Of a stretch of 64,000 nucleotides of DNA, positions 23,061 through 35,700 are shown one piece after another (the stretch's first letter is position 1; each line of letters begins with the position of its first letter). The DNA is from Trichinella spiralis (taxonomy: Eukaryota), in assembly GCF_000181795.1 (NCBI RefSeq), contig NW_003526943.1:6540122-6604121 (forward strand). Reading direction: 5' to 3'. The notes below the pieces were generated by a model that was not told where the DNA came from, did no database searches, and worked only from the letters and a program-made list of their open reading frames with translations. The translations under genes were made by a program, and so were the position numbers.

Positions 23061-26000
23061 TTACGTATTTTCAAATATCTTGTATTTAGAGTATAAGCCA
23101 GAAGAGATGTGACGGCTTGCAGAAGAGCTTGGAAATTGGAAATTTTTCCTTTGGCCAAAACTGCTCGATGATAATACAGACTTTTCTTTGTCGGTTGTTG
23201 TGCTTTCATTAGTGGAAGAAAATTTTAACAGATCCTTCCTTTTTGAAGAAGTCAACAGTGGGTTTGGATTGTCGTTCAATAATGTTTCAGGTTGTTGGGG
23301 CTTTTTGAAATTGTCATTGTGCCTACTTAGCCAAGCTTCTTTAGTGACGGAACGCAACGATTGTCGGGCTTGGCAAGCGTTTATTGCCAGGCATTTCGCC
23401 ATACCTCGTTGCCTTTGCAATTCTAGATCAGAAATATGTTCCGTAGCTTCTTTACAGTGTAATTCAGGTTTTGCAGCATTTGACTGATCCAACTTCGAAG
23501 AGGAACACGAGCTTGCAGTTGCACTTTCAGCGTAAACCACTTTTGCTGAGAAAAGATTAATTGTTGGCTTTGAAGGCACAGGAACTACACCGTAAGCTGG
23601 TTCTTCTTTGTGAAATGTGGTTGTTACCGAATGATCCTCTTCACAAGTGGAACTTGGTTCAGGGAGTTCTTTCTTTAGCTGGAAGCAATCGTCTCTTTCA
23701 AAATAACGACTTGACTTCACCAAACTGTCATCTGGCAGATTGTCACCAGTGGAAACTTCCTGCACATTATTCGTTGATAAATGATATTTTTCTTTGTACG
23801 GTATGGCAGAGAATATGTGACCTGCGTCTGGTCCAGTTTTTGCAAAATTGAACCGCACGACAATTATACTGACGTCTCCTGTATAACCATAAGCTTGAAC
23901 AACGTCCTAAATTTCATATAATGAATAGGTTAGATAAAACTTTTACATTTTATAATATTTTTTGAAGTCTGTGCTAGAGTAAATTCAAATTATAATTTCA
24001 TATATTTCTTCAAATTTTAAGAACACAAAACCTAGTAATGCAAATGTTTTATGATATGCATAAATATTGTTTTCAGTGATAAAATCTACAATATAAGAGT
24101 TTCTATAAAGTTATAAGATGAACATTACAACAATATTTTTACATTATAAAAAGTCATGCATGCATGACTGCACCCAGTAGCGTTGATAAGGGGGGGGGGA
24201 CTTGCCCCATTGCGAAAACTTTTATGCAACTCTCACTATGTCCATCCCCTGGATTCCAAATAAATCTTCTGGATACAATATACGCCCCCCCCCCTATAAA
24301 TTAGACGTATCAACGCCCCCGATTGCACCTATATATATATATATATATATATGAAAGATTTCTAAATTTAATATTTAAAAATTTGGTAATAATTTTTTCA
24401 TCCTTACTTGCAAATATTTAGCAGCAACTGCCGGTTCAGGTGTCCGACGGACTCTAGCAACAGCTTCGTTGTAATTAATTGTTTGCCATACCCCACGATT
24501 GGCAATGATCAAAAACTCATCACAATCAGCCAATTTCCACACATATTCGTGTGGTATTGGTATAACAGAAGGATATAAAAAACTGCAGCCGGTCAGTCTC
24601 GAACACGGTGTATATCCGTTGATTCGATTGTTCTAAATAATTGTAAATTTTAAACTACTCCAATTTATTGAATAGCACTGCAAAACACCAAAGCAATTCA
24701 CCTCATCTACAGTACCACCGGCAAGTCTGACTCGAGCATATTCTTCATCCGAGTTTTCAATTAAAAATTTCTTTGTCAACATGATTGGCTCCCCTTTTCG
24801 ACACAAGACAATCTCCGTATCACCACAGTTGGCCACACGGACGTCGTATTCTTTTTCTCCATTACTATTCTTCCTTTTTACTGTCAAATGACATAAGGCG
24901 CAACTGGCCCCTTGACGTTGGCCTTTTTCTTTCAACGCTTTGTGCGACATAATCAAAGCGTACTTTAAATACTGATCACCGGTAGATCCCATTGCACGTT
25001 CCGCTTTCACTTGTTCTGGAATTATACGCTGCAATGTGTCCGCTATTTCGAAGCTATCCAGACTGTCAACAATGCCCAGTAACACTCCCATGTCATCGTT
25101 ATCTCGTAGTCGATCTTTAACTTGAACTACACATGATCTGAAAACGTTTTAGCAAAATGTAAAAATTAGAAAAGTATATTATTCGATGAAAGATTTCATT
25201 TTATAAGATTCGTTTAATTTTTTCTTTTCTCTTTTGCATTTTCTTCAAAATCTCTTCACTTCATATACAAGTCAACTTTTGTAGCATTGACTTGTAAATA
25301 ACAGCTTTTAAAGTTGCAATTAATGTTTCAGAATAATAATGAAAATTATTGCAGGAAAGCAATGTTTACTTGTGAGCTCCTGTTTCATTGGATTCACTGA
25401 ATCCGAATTTCCAGGGTTCATTTGGCAGAATCCATTCATTGTTGACATCCACCAGTGATATGGACTTTTCAGGACTAAAAAAGCACCCGTAAAAATAGAT
25501 TATTTAATTAATTAGTAAATGTTTTTAATCCATCATTTTGACTAATCAGTACAATTTAGAAATTGATCATTTTACATTGAGCCTAAATTTTTTAAAATTA
25601 AACCTATCAACTTACAAAAGTATTTTTAACTGCTTCAGATCGTCATTGGCAACACCTTCGTTACAAGCAATGTCGATGTGCTTCAATCGCGGCGCAATCA
25701 TATGGCGAGTTTGGTCTCCATTTAGCTGATTCAACGCCAAATCTATCAACTGAAAAAATGTCATTTGTGATATCCATTTTGCTGGTTTTACTTTTATTAG
25801 ACAAAGCTCACTGTTAAACGGTTGCTGAGTGCGAAATTCGGTATTTCACAAATCTGATTAGAATGAGCTCGAAGAGTAACTAGGAATGGAAGCGATACCA
25901 ATGACGATGGAAGGATATTTATCTGATTTCCAGATATATTCAGTTCTTGTAAAGTTTGCAATTTTTCAATAACGCTATAAACATAAAATAAACTGCATTA

Positions 26001-29000
26001 TCATTATAGCCGTTAGTTGAAAATCATATTTTAATATTATTTAATATTTAAAAAATGCGTTACAATTAACAATATATAACTATTACGTTAATTTATTTAT
26101 AAATTACTATTTTAACAAAAATGCATCCATATAAAATTATACTCATTTGGAAGCCATGTAAAGCGATTATGAGATATATCCAACACTTGTAGGCGTCTGT
26201 AGCGAGCAATAACTGTAAGCGATGCATCCGTTAGTCGATTGCAAGCTAAATAAAGTTGCTGGATTCGATTCAGTTCTGACAAAGCGCTCGGCGCAGGTAA
26301 TGCAACTAGCCGATTTTGACTAAGATTCAAGACTCGCAGTCTGATAGAAGAAAAATATTTTTATCAGATTATTATGTAAAAATCTGCTTGGCTTACCTGT
26401 GCATAGATGACAACAATTCATCAGGAAGAGCAGGTATATCATTGTGATAAAGCAACAATACTTCGAGAGCACAATTTTCTATAGATGTTGGCAAATTCTG
26501 AATTCTGTTATGGCTCAAATCCAAATATTGCAAGCTGCTGGCATTAGTAAATAATCTTAAAAATGAAATCAAGTAAAATTTTGTTTTATCAATTTATTAG
26601 ATTATTATACCGGCTTGGCAGTGAAGAAATGTAATTATGAGAACAGACTACTCTTTCCAATCGTGTCAGATAGCTCATCCACTCCGGTAAAGATTCAATA
26701 CAGTTGCTTAAATTAATGATTTAAATTAGCCATAAACAAATATTCAAAAAATGTCAATTTTTTAAACATTACTCACTGAGATAAATCTAATTTCACAAGA
26801 TTTTCCGGTGGTGGATTTATTGTAAATGTTCGCAACTCTAAAATTAAAAAAAGAAAATATAAATTGTGAAATCATTTTTTTCCACTGAAGCAGTAAGTAC
26901 TGTTTTTGCTTGCATTCACTTCTGTCAAACAGTTTCCATTTAACCGAAGCACCATAATACTGCATCGTTCACAGTTTAAAACCTTAGAGATATCGAGATA
27001 AATTTGACTGAAGTATGAATTTTTTATTCTTCTTACTTGAAGCAAACTGAGAGCAGTTAAATCAAGCATACTGACTCCTTTGTTGTCTCGAATGTCTAAC
27101 TCAGTAAGGAAACAAAATATATCCAGCGAATAGGGATCCATTGAAGCAATGACAATATCATTGTGACGGAACTCTACCTTAGAACAAATAAGCGGTGTTA
27201 ACAAAAGGAGAGGAAATGAAAATCAAGCACCTACTCGAGTTACTTCAACAGGAACATTCAGCAAATTGGATGGTATGAGACTTTCAATTTGATTTCCAGA
27301 AAAAAGCCAACTGTCAAGCTGCAGCAATGAATGAAGTACAGGTGGAATTGTAACAAAACGGTTGAAACTCAAATTTAGGTAAATTAAATTTTCACAATCC
27401 GCCAGTTCAGAAGGAAGTGATTGAAGCCAGTTGTTTTGAAGATTCAAAACCATCAAACTTAAACATGGAATATTTTAAAATAAATATATTATTGATTTTT
27501 TTTAATTAAAATGAAATAATATTTATCAGCTTTGCACAAATGCATACAAGCAGCAAAGCATGAATGATGAATGCAAAAGATGAAGTGAGAGAAAAACTTT
27601 GAAATGGCACGAACAATTTTAAATAATTTCATTGTTAAATAATCAATGATTAACAGTAAAGAATGCTTTTACTTTTTCAATGTTCCAATTCCTGGAGGCA
27701 AATCTGTTAGCTTGTTACCGGCTAAATGCAATTCTGTCAACGCTTCCAGTTCACAAAGGCACGAAGGACAGTGGAAGAGCTCGTTTTCAGATAAATTTAA
27801 ACGTTTCAAAAATTGCAACCGGGAGAGGTCATTTAGCCATCCAAGAATAAATGCATTCTAAAATTAATTATTATTTTATAATAAATTTCAGATTTTTGAA
27901 ATTTATGCACTTTAAAAAAAGTTTTACTAACACACAGAATGAATGAATATAGATAAAATATTAATTTGTTTAATAAAAAGTTTTATTAAAATATTACTCC
28001 ATTCGGAGGCCGTTCTCTCAGTGAATTGCGTTGTAAATTCAATTCCGTGAGCGCAGAAGTTTCTTCACTGTTGAAAATTTCTTCTGGAATCATTTCCAAA
28101 TGCTGACCACTGTAATCAGTAGTTGGACCATAATATTCTGTAGCCTGTGTAAAATTTCAAATGATAATTTAATTTTAATGCAAAACTCAAAAAATACTGC
28201 TCACTTTGACGCATCTGTTGTACCATTGATTAAGTTCAGCCTGAACAAATGGAACATTTCCATATGAAAATACAATTGAAAATTCAGTTTTGAAAGAATA
28301 ATTAAATTGCTTCTTACAGCAGTTTCAAAAGAAAGACTGAAATAGATAGGTGCACCACGTGTAGGATCTGAAGCAAGCTTGAGACAACGACCACGAGCAT
28401 TGCTAATTGCTAACTTTGCTTTGCCTTTTGATAATGATATTACTTCTGGTTCTTCGCTATTTTTATGGCCTGAATATTTTCAAAAGTAGATTTTAGATTT
28501 AGAAAAAAATTTGAATACTTTATCAATGATCACCTCCAAAAATTAAAAGTCTACTATGATTGAGCACGCACATGCGACGAGACCATTTACGAAATGGCCC
28601 TCGTTTACGAATGTAGCAATAGCTGGAAAGCGGGGCTTTTGCATGCCCGCTGACAAACGCCGGGCGGCCTAAATAAAAAGCATTGAAAATGTGGGGAAAC
28701 AACACATAATAAGCTGTACATTTTATTAAAAATACTTGCATCTTTTGCATTGAAAAAATAAATGTTTAAAGAAGAGAAGAAGAAAATATTTACCAGCATA
28801 AAATCGTATCATGTGCCCAAGATCGACGTCGTCTCCAATTGCTTGTTGCCGGTCAACGTTACGTATTCCGATGCTTGCTAAAAATTTATTCTGTATAGCC
28901 AACGGTCTGTCGTCCAGCAGAAGGCGTTTCAACATGTCGCCGTTGAATTGTACATGCAGATCATCCGGATCAACGCTGAGTCGTGACGCAATTTGCAGAC

Positions 29001-29349
29001 AAGTCGTCTCCAGCGAACACGGAACCACCAAAGAGCTGGCCAGTTGGGCGTCCGGGTCATAAAGTCTTATGAACCCTCGGTCTATGGAACCAAGAAGCCA
29101 TTTTTCTTTTTCGCGGCTGGTAAAAGGCTTGCAACGGATACTGGCCCGTCCGGCAGCCGGCTCGGACGTTGTCCTTGGCCGACTGACATTGGTCGAACGA
29201 AGTGAAAACGCCCCTTGTGATGTTGTATAAGTGGGTGGCCATTTCGACAGCGTGAAATAAACGCGCTCTTTGCCACGCTTTGATATCGGTGCTGCAATGA
29301 CATCATCGGATGGTGGTGGCCTCAAATCTGGGGCGTAATTGTTATCCAT
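23061..29349 (-). CDS. PHLPP: PH domain leucine-rich repeat protein phosphatase (RA-PH-LRR-PP2C), multi-exon
   Basis: RA-like exon (FIRLYD...VPCSLETT...RPLAIQNKFLASIG...MIRFY), PH (IRKRGPFRKWSRRMCVL), many LxxLxLSxN LRRs, PP2C fold (GASCALCHL, VANCGD, EEYARVRLAGG, DEFLIIANRGVW), low-complexity tail. Confidence 0.92.
24175..24321. mobile_element. hAT-type MITE (147 bp) in a PHLPP intron
   Basis: TIRs CAGTAGCGTTGATA / TATCAACGCCCCCG (11/14 match), complementary internal G-run and C-run, 8-bp TSD ACTGCACC / ATTGCACC (1 mismatch); followed by (TA)n. Confidence 0.75.
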
Positions 29350-32300
29350 GACTCTTCATTTTCAAATCAAACAATCTTTCTCTCTTTCTTCTCTGTCTTT
29401 AATTATTCATTTATTGTTTTAATTATTTTTTCCTTATCGTTTCTTTTACAATCAACAGACAGACACAATAAACACAGTTTCCACACTGAAGCCAACAACA
29501 ATATATGCAGCCAACGTTTATCACAATGACTGGCCTGAATTTTCCCGTCAAATTCGACAATTAGCAAGCAGCTTGCATGGCCGTCGACGTCGAACCGGTC
29601 CGCTTCCGCTGCTCTGAACTGTCTGTATTGGAGGTAAAGCACGTTTAAAACGGGGACCTTTCGGTCAATCCGGTCTTTGGTCCTTGCAGAATAGAGCTCA
29701 AGCTAGTCTGAATGCTGTCCAATAATAAACGTGGCGCCAACTGCAATTGATGATGCAGAATTATTATTGCATAACAAATTATCATTGAGATACTTTGTAA
29801 AGCTTTTTCTCGCATTTATGAATAAAAAATCTTTCTCTGATAAAGGTAAACTTTGAATGTAGCTCAGCAAGCATTTAGGCAGAAAATTATGAAAACTGTC
29901 ATTACAGTTCACTTGGTGAAGTATACTTTCCCACAAGAATTGCTCAAGCGTGACTCAATTATATTCGTCACTGCAAGCTTATATACTGTTCTAAAGAATT
30001 TAAACAAACATGATTTTTCAAAATGAGTTTTCTAAACATTAAAATGCAACACCGGTCAATTGTATGCATATGGATGATAAATGACTGAATATTAAAAATT
30101 TATCAATGTTATGGTGAAAACATTTTGGAATCATAAAAATTTCGCATAATAAATTTTAAAAAATGAATACTGAAAAAATATCTAAAAACAACATTTTATC
30201 TCATTCAATGAACGTTTCAAATGTTTATGAGAATCTGTTACCTAAACAGAGATATGAATATTATTTTTATATACAGTTGACAGTGGTGCTAAATTAATTA
30301 ATCTAACTTCATATTCAGTAATTTTGTTTGATTTTATTACTACAGTGATAGTTAAAGAAAATATAACTTGTTCAACTTCACATAACTATTGATGATGATG
30401 ATGATGATGATAAAATTCAAAATTCATCTCATCAGTTTAGTTGAACATTTTTGTGTTTAATTTAAGAAATACAAAGCAGTTTAATTTTAATAAAGCTTCT
30501 TTCAACGCAATTAATGCAACAGAGACATCGTCCAATGTCATCGGCTAAGCTTAAACATGTAACATGAATTTAATTGGGTGAAATTAATAAACCAGGACAC
30601 AGTAATTTTGTTGAATAGCCAAAAGCGGTTGGCCAGTTGAAGTAAATTCAACAAATAAGCTTTTCAATGAGGCAACGTTTTCACGTGTGGATTGTAGTAA
30701 CCGCATATTGGCTCTTTGCTTTCTTGTCTCCCTCTTGCTGTTGTTCTCAGTGGAGGCCAGCATTACAAAACTGGTACTTGTCATGCATATGATTGATCGC
30801 TTCCTCTGCTTGGAAAATATCGTCAACTTGTACAAATGCATCGCAAACAACCTTCAATAGCAGCAACAACAGCTACAACAACAACCAACCGCGCAACCTT
30901 TTTTCCACGCCCACGCAAATCTGACTCACTTAGCTTAGCTATTGTTCATAGAAAAAGCAGTACTGTAAACAATGTAGAGTTTGCATATTTCTTTGAAATG
31001 TGTCAAAAGTGATGCGCAAATATGAATGAAAAAAAATATATACATATTATTTGAAACTGTTTAAGCAATTCAATTTTCAAAAGGGCAATCTAAATTGCAT
31101 GATACTACATTGCACAAACAGGAGGTAAAGAATTTGTTTTTCTTTGCTAAAAATACTGTATTAAATTTTCAAGTTTAAATTACTGGGTTATTGGAGCATT
31201 TATTGATTTTCAATTGAACAAAGTGTTCAGGAAAGCGATGGAAAAAAATGCACTCCTTTGAAATCGTCAATGCCATTGCTTTCAGCACAGCTTCCGTTTC
31301 TGGAGTCAAAAATGGCCTTTGACAATTTGAAACAACTTTGCATTTTAAGCAATTTCAATTATTTCAGTCATTTGTTGTTTTGAAATCGGTTTGCACAAGA
31401 AAAGGGACAAAATTTTTATGCTGTCTGTTAAAAATGAAAAGCAGGTAAATGGTGAAAAAGCAAGTTCATTCTGTAGAATGATAATTATGCGATATTGAGA
31501 ATTTTTGAGAAAATTACAATATTAGATAATTTTATACAGTTTTACAAATAACTGACTCAACCTAGTTGATGAATAAAGAGCATTGTTGCCCTTTACGAAG
31601 TCGAAATAGTTCCATGAAGGTCAGCGACCATTGTTCAACGCGTACCGCATTCACTTTAGCCAAATCATTATTATTGTTCAAAAATAATGTTTACTCCTTT
31701 ATACTACTTTTATACTCTACTACGTATCTATTAAAATTTTTTTTTTCAAAAAGAATATTTCTTTATGATTTACTTTAAAAAATATGATATCAAATGAATG
31801 CTCCCATTTATGTGTTCAATATACTGAAAGCAATTTCAATAAAAAATGCACTGCATTTATTTTGCTTTGAAAACCTGGCCGTATATATCATCTTAAATTT
31901 ACATCTACTTTTCTTTTCTAATAGAATATAAATATTTATATAAAAGTAAACAAAAGGTGCATCAAGTATAAAAATTTACTTCAACACAATTTATTTATGT
32001 GCAACAGAAGCAAGTATCATAAATAAATATGCATATATTGTACATTTGTTTACAGATTATTTTGAAGTGAAATAAACTTTTCAAACAAAACGCTTTTTCG
32101 AATAGATTGAAATCAATTTTTGATTATTCAAAATGTCATAAGTTTCGTTAAAGAAGTATATCCACGCTTCCCCCCCCCCCTACACACACATACACATGCA
32201 GCTGCAACAAGTTGAAATAATTTATGCATAAAATAAAATATAGCAATAACAATAAAACTTACATAAAATTTAAAGTTGTCAAAATAATGGAAAATGCATC

Positions 32301-32739
32301 AATGAATGAAGAAGCTTTGATAGCAATGGAAAAAGTGCAAATCATAGATAGCATAACAATATGACAGCCACCTTCTACCCCGTCTATGCTTGCACTGGAC
32401 CGTTTTAGTATGGAAAATATTTGCAAAGGCCAAAGTGACGAAAAGAGCAACTCGAAAATCGATTGAATAGCTGCAACAACTTTCCTTCAACCTATTTATT
32501 AGTCAGGTGGCAATCAAGATTCTTTAACGGTGCAAACGACTATTTGCCTCCATAAAGCGCATGTGAATTTCAGCATCATATGATAAAGAAAGCAGCACAC
32601 ACAGCAATTTAATTTTTTTATAATTTTATTTTAACTTCAAACCAAAACAAATTATTTACAATAAATTTTCGATTATATTTATCATGTGATAGTAATAAAC
32701 AAGATCAATAAATTAAAAAATTCAAATAAGTTCGATCAT

Positions 32740-35700
32740 CTATCTGTTTGACAATTGCAATCTGCTGATTTCACGTTGCAATGTGGCTAATTCCTAAATA
32801 AATAAGAAACATAATTAAAAAAATATTATATATATATACATCTTTATAGCTCACTTCTTTTAATGATATATTTTCTCGCATCAGCTCGTACTTGATATGT
32901 TGTAATGATCGAACATAATGAATTTTTTGTTTCGGATTTTTGTGACCGACAAGAACTGCGTATTCTTTGTCTAAGTTTTCTAAATTGTCCAACAAATTAA
33001 AAAATTTCTGAAATAAAATTTAATGTTCAACAAAATAAAAAATTTTAATAAACCAACATAACAAACCTCCTCGAAAAAAGACTTCTCCTGTTGAATATTG
33101 GCAACATCAGACTGAAGCACTTGCTTCTCTTGTGAAAACTTCAACTCAAATTCATTCGCCCTAAATTTAAAACAAAACAAAACATGTCATACATACACAC
33201 ACATATATATATATACTGCTTATATATACACACAAACATATACATATACACACATATATATTTTTGCTACATATATATACACACATATATACATATATAC
33301 ACCCATACACACACACATATATATATACATATATATGTACATGTATATGTATTGCAAAAGCCTAATCAAAGACCAACTTCTTCAACGCATCATCTAATGT
33401 TGCAGCTTTTTGTTGAAGGTTTTCTATCAGATTGTCTTTTTCTGCAACAGCTTCTTTCAACTGATTATTCAAGGTTTGCAAATTTTCAATCAAATTGTCT
33501 TTGGCTTTCAACTTAGATACTGCTATGGTCATTCTTAATAATAAGAAAAAATAAGAAATTCCATTAAAAAGGTCTAATAAGAATGCTGAAAATTAAAGTT
33601 CAGTACTTATTCACAGCTCGTTCTTTCAACAATCTGTTCACTTCCTTCAATTTCTCGCAAGAAGAAATAATACGACCCATTTGAGAAAGTTTTTTCTCAG
33701 AATCGGCTTCTTTTTCCTCAAAACAAATACATATATACTTTTTTGAAATAACCATTTCAGCAATGTTTCACTTACTTTCAACATTTTCATTTCGGCATTT
33801 TTTTCAGTCAATGTATTTTCAAAAGTGTTCAGAAGATTCAAACTTTCAGTTAATTTCTTCTTTACCGATTCCAATTCTTTTTCCTTTTCAGCCAACAAAT
33901 CCATAAATTCCTTAGTATCTAATTTCGAAGCTGCTTCACGCTCCTCCAACATATGCTTCAATGTCATCACCTCCTCACTTTTTTCTTCATACTGAAGAGC
34001 ATGATTAGAAGAAATTAAACCAATAAAAAAATTAATTAATCAATACGCATTTACCAGCTTCTTTAGTGAACAATGTTCAGCAATTTGATTTTTCAGATTT
34101 TCTTCCAGCTGGTCAATTTTATCCCGCGACTTATTTTCTAACTCTTTCATTCGCGTTTGTTCTTCAGCCTTTTCAAATTCCAACTTCTCAATCTACGTAA
34201 CAAATATACATGGTTTTCCATTGATGAACGGTGCAAATATTAATTTAAGCCAATCAAATTACAATATCTTTCAGCGCTTTTGTTTCAACATCTGCATTTT
34301 TCTTGTATTCATCAATCTGATGCATCATTTGATCAATAACACCCGAAAGCCGTTGATTTTCTTCCAAAGCACTGTCACGATCGCTGACCACAACCTCCAA
34401 CTCAAATTTGAGCTGATCGTATGCTGTTCGAAGTTGCGCTTGCTGAGCCATATTTTCCTTCAGCACCTCCTTAGAAGCAAAAAATTAATAGCAAAATTAT
34501 CACAAACACAGTATACAAATTCAAAAACAAACAAACAAACAACGCTCGTTTACCGCTTGCTGTGCAATTTCTGCAAACAAATTTTCATTTTCCGTTTTCA
34601 AATGATTCTCACTAGCTTCCAACGTGGCAACTCGGCGTTGAAAGTCCAACATCTTGTTAATCAATTGCTGACAGCTTGTCGATGAAGGTGAACCGCTGCC
34701 ACTCGCTTCTGAAAGATCACCGCTCAATTCATTGACGATATCTTTCATTTGCTGCAAAAAAATATCAAATTATTCAAAAATATCCACAAAACAAAACAGC
34801 ACAAAAATTCACATACCAACAAATCTTTCTCCAGACATTTTCTTCTCTCGGCTTCACGTGAAGCATTTTCCTCGAGATCAGCCAGACGATAACTATCAAA
34901 ATTTGCTTTCGCTTCCAATTCTTCGTAATTGATCTATTATTGGAATTGCAATGTTTATCAGAAACAATACAAACTTTGAATATGTTTAATAAATGGTATA
35001 CTTTTAAATTCTCTTTCTCCAAAGCGAGATCTTCATTTTCAAGCTTAAGAGTATCCAAAGCAACACGAAGTTCAGTATTCTAATTATAGATAAAAATAAT
35101 AAAAATTAAAAAAAAATAAGGCAACTCAAACTAAACCGACTTCATTTTTTAAAGGTTCAAATAGACGTTCGTGCTTCTTTTCTTGTTCTACGTGCAAAAT
35201 TTGCAATTTTTCATAATCTGCATTTCGAGTTGCAAGCTCTTCTTTGAGCGCATCGTTTGCACTGCTCAATTCTGAAATTATTAACAGGTTTAAAATTAAA
35301 AATAAACGAATAAAATTAATGAATTACCTTGAAATTTTGCTTTGCTAATATTCAATTCAGCTGTCACTTTGTCCAGCTTTTCTTGCAATTTGGCAATTTC
35401 TTGACCACTTTCCACAACATGCAAAACGTGTTCATCTTTCAACGAATTTGAACTCAATTTCAAATCTTCATTCTCTTTCCGCAGATCAGCAATTTCATCC
35501 ACACGCGCCTGGTAATCCGCCTGGTAATAAACAACACAATTATGATGATAGAAAAATCAAAAATAAATTAATAATAATAATAACAACCTTAAGTTTCTTC
35601 AGTTCTTCGAACCACGTTTCAAAATTTTCACCATTGATAATATTGTCGAGAGGGCTGGAAAGCAAATTCTGCTTTGGCGTCACTTTACCAATTTCTGAAG

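Noticed and set aside
29655..29666. GACC-GAAA-GGTC GNRA hairpin upstream of PHLPP (minus strand)
   Set aside because: Only a 4-bp stem; no larger structure recognised.
33184..33516. His/Ile/Tyr-rich 110-aa ORF
   Set aside because: Translation of a CA/TA microsatellite, antisense to a KIF15 intron.
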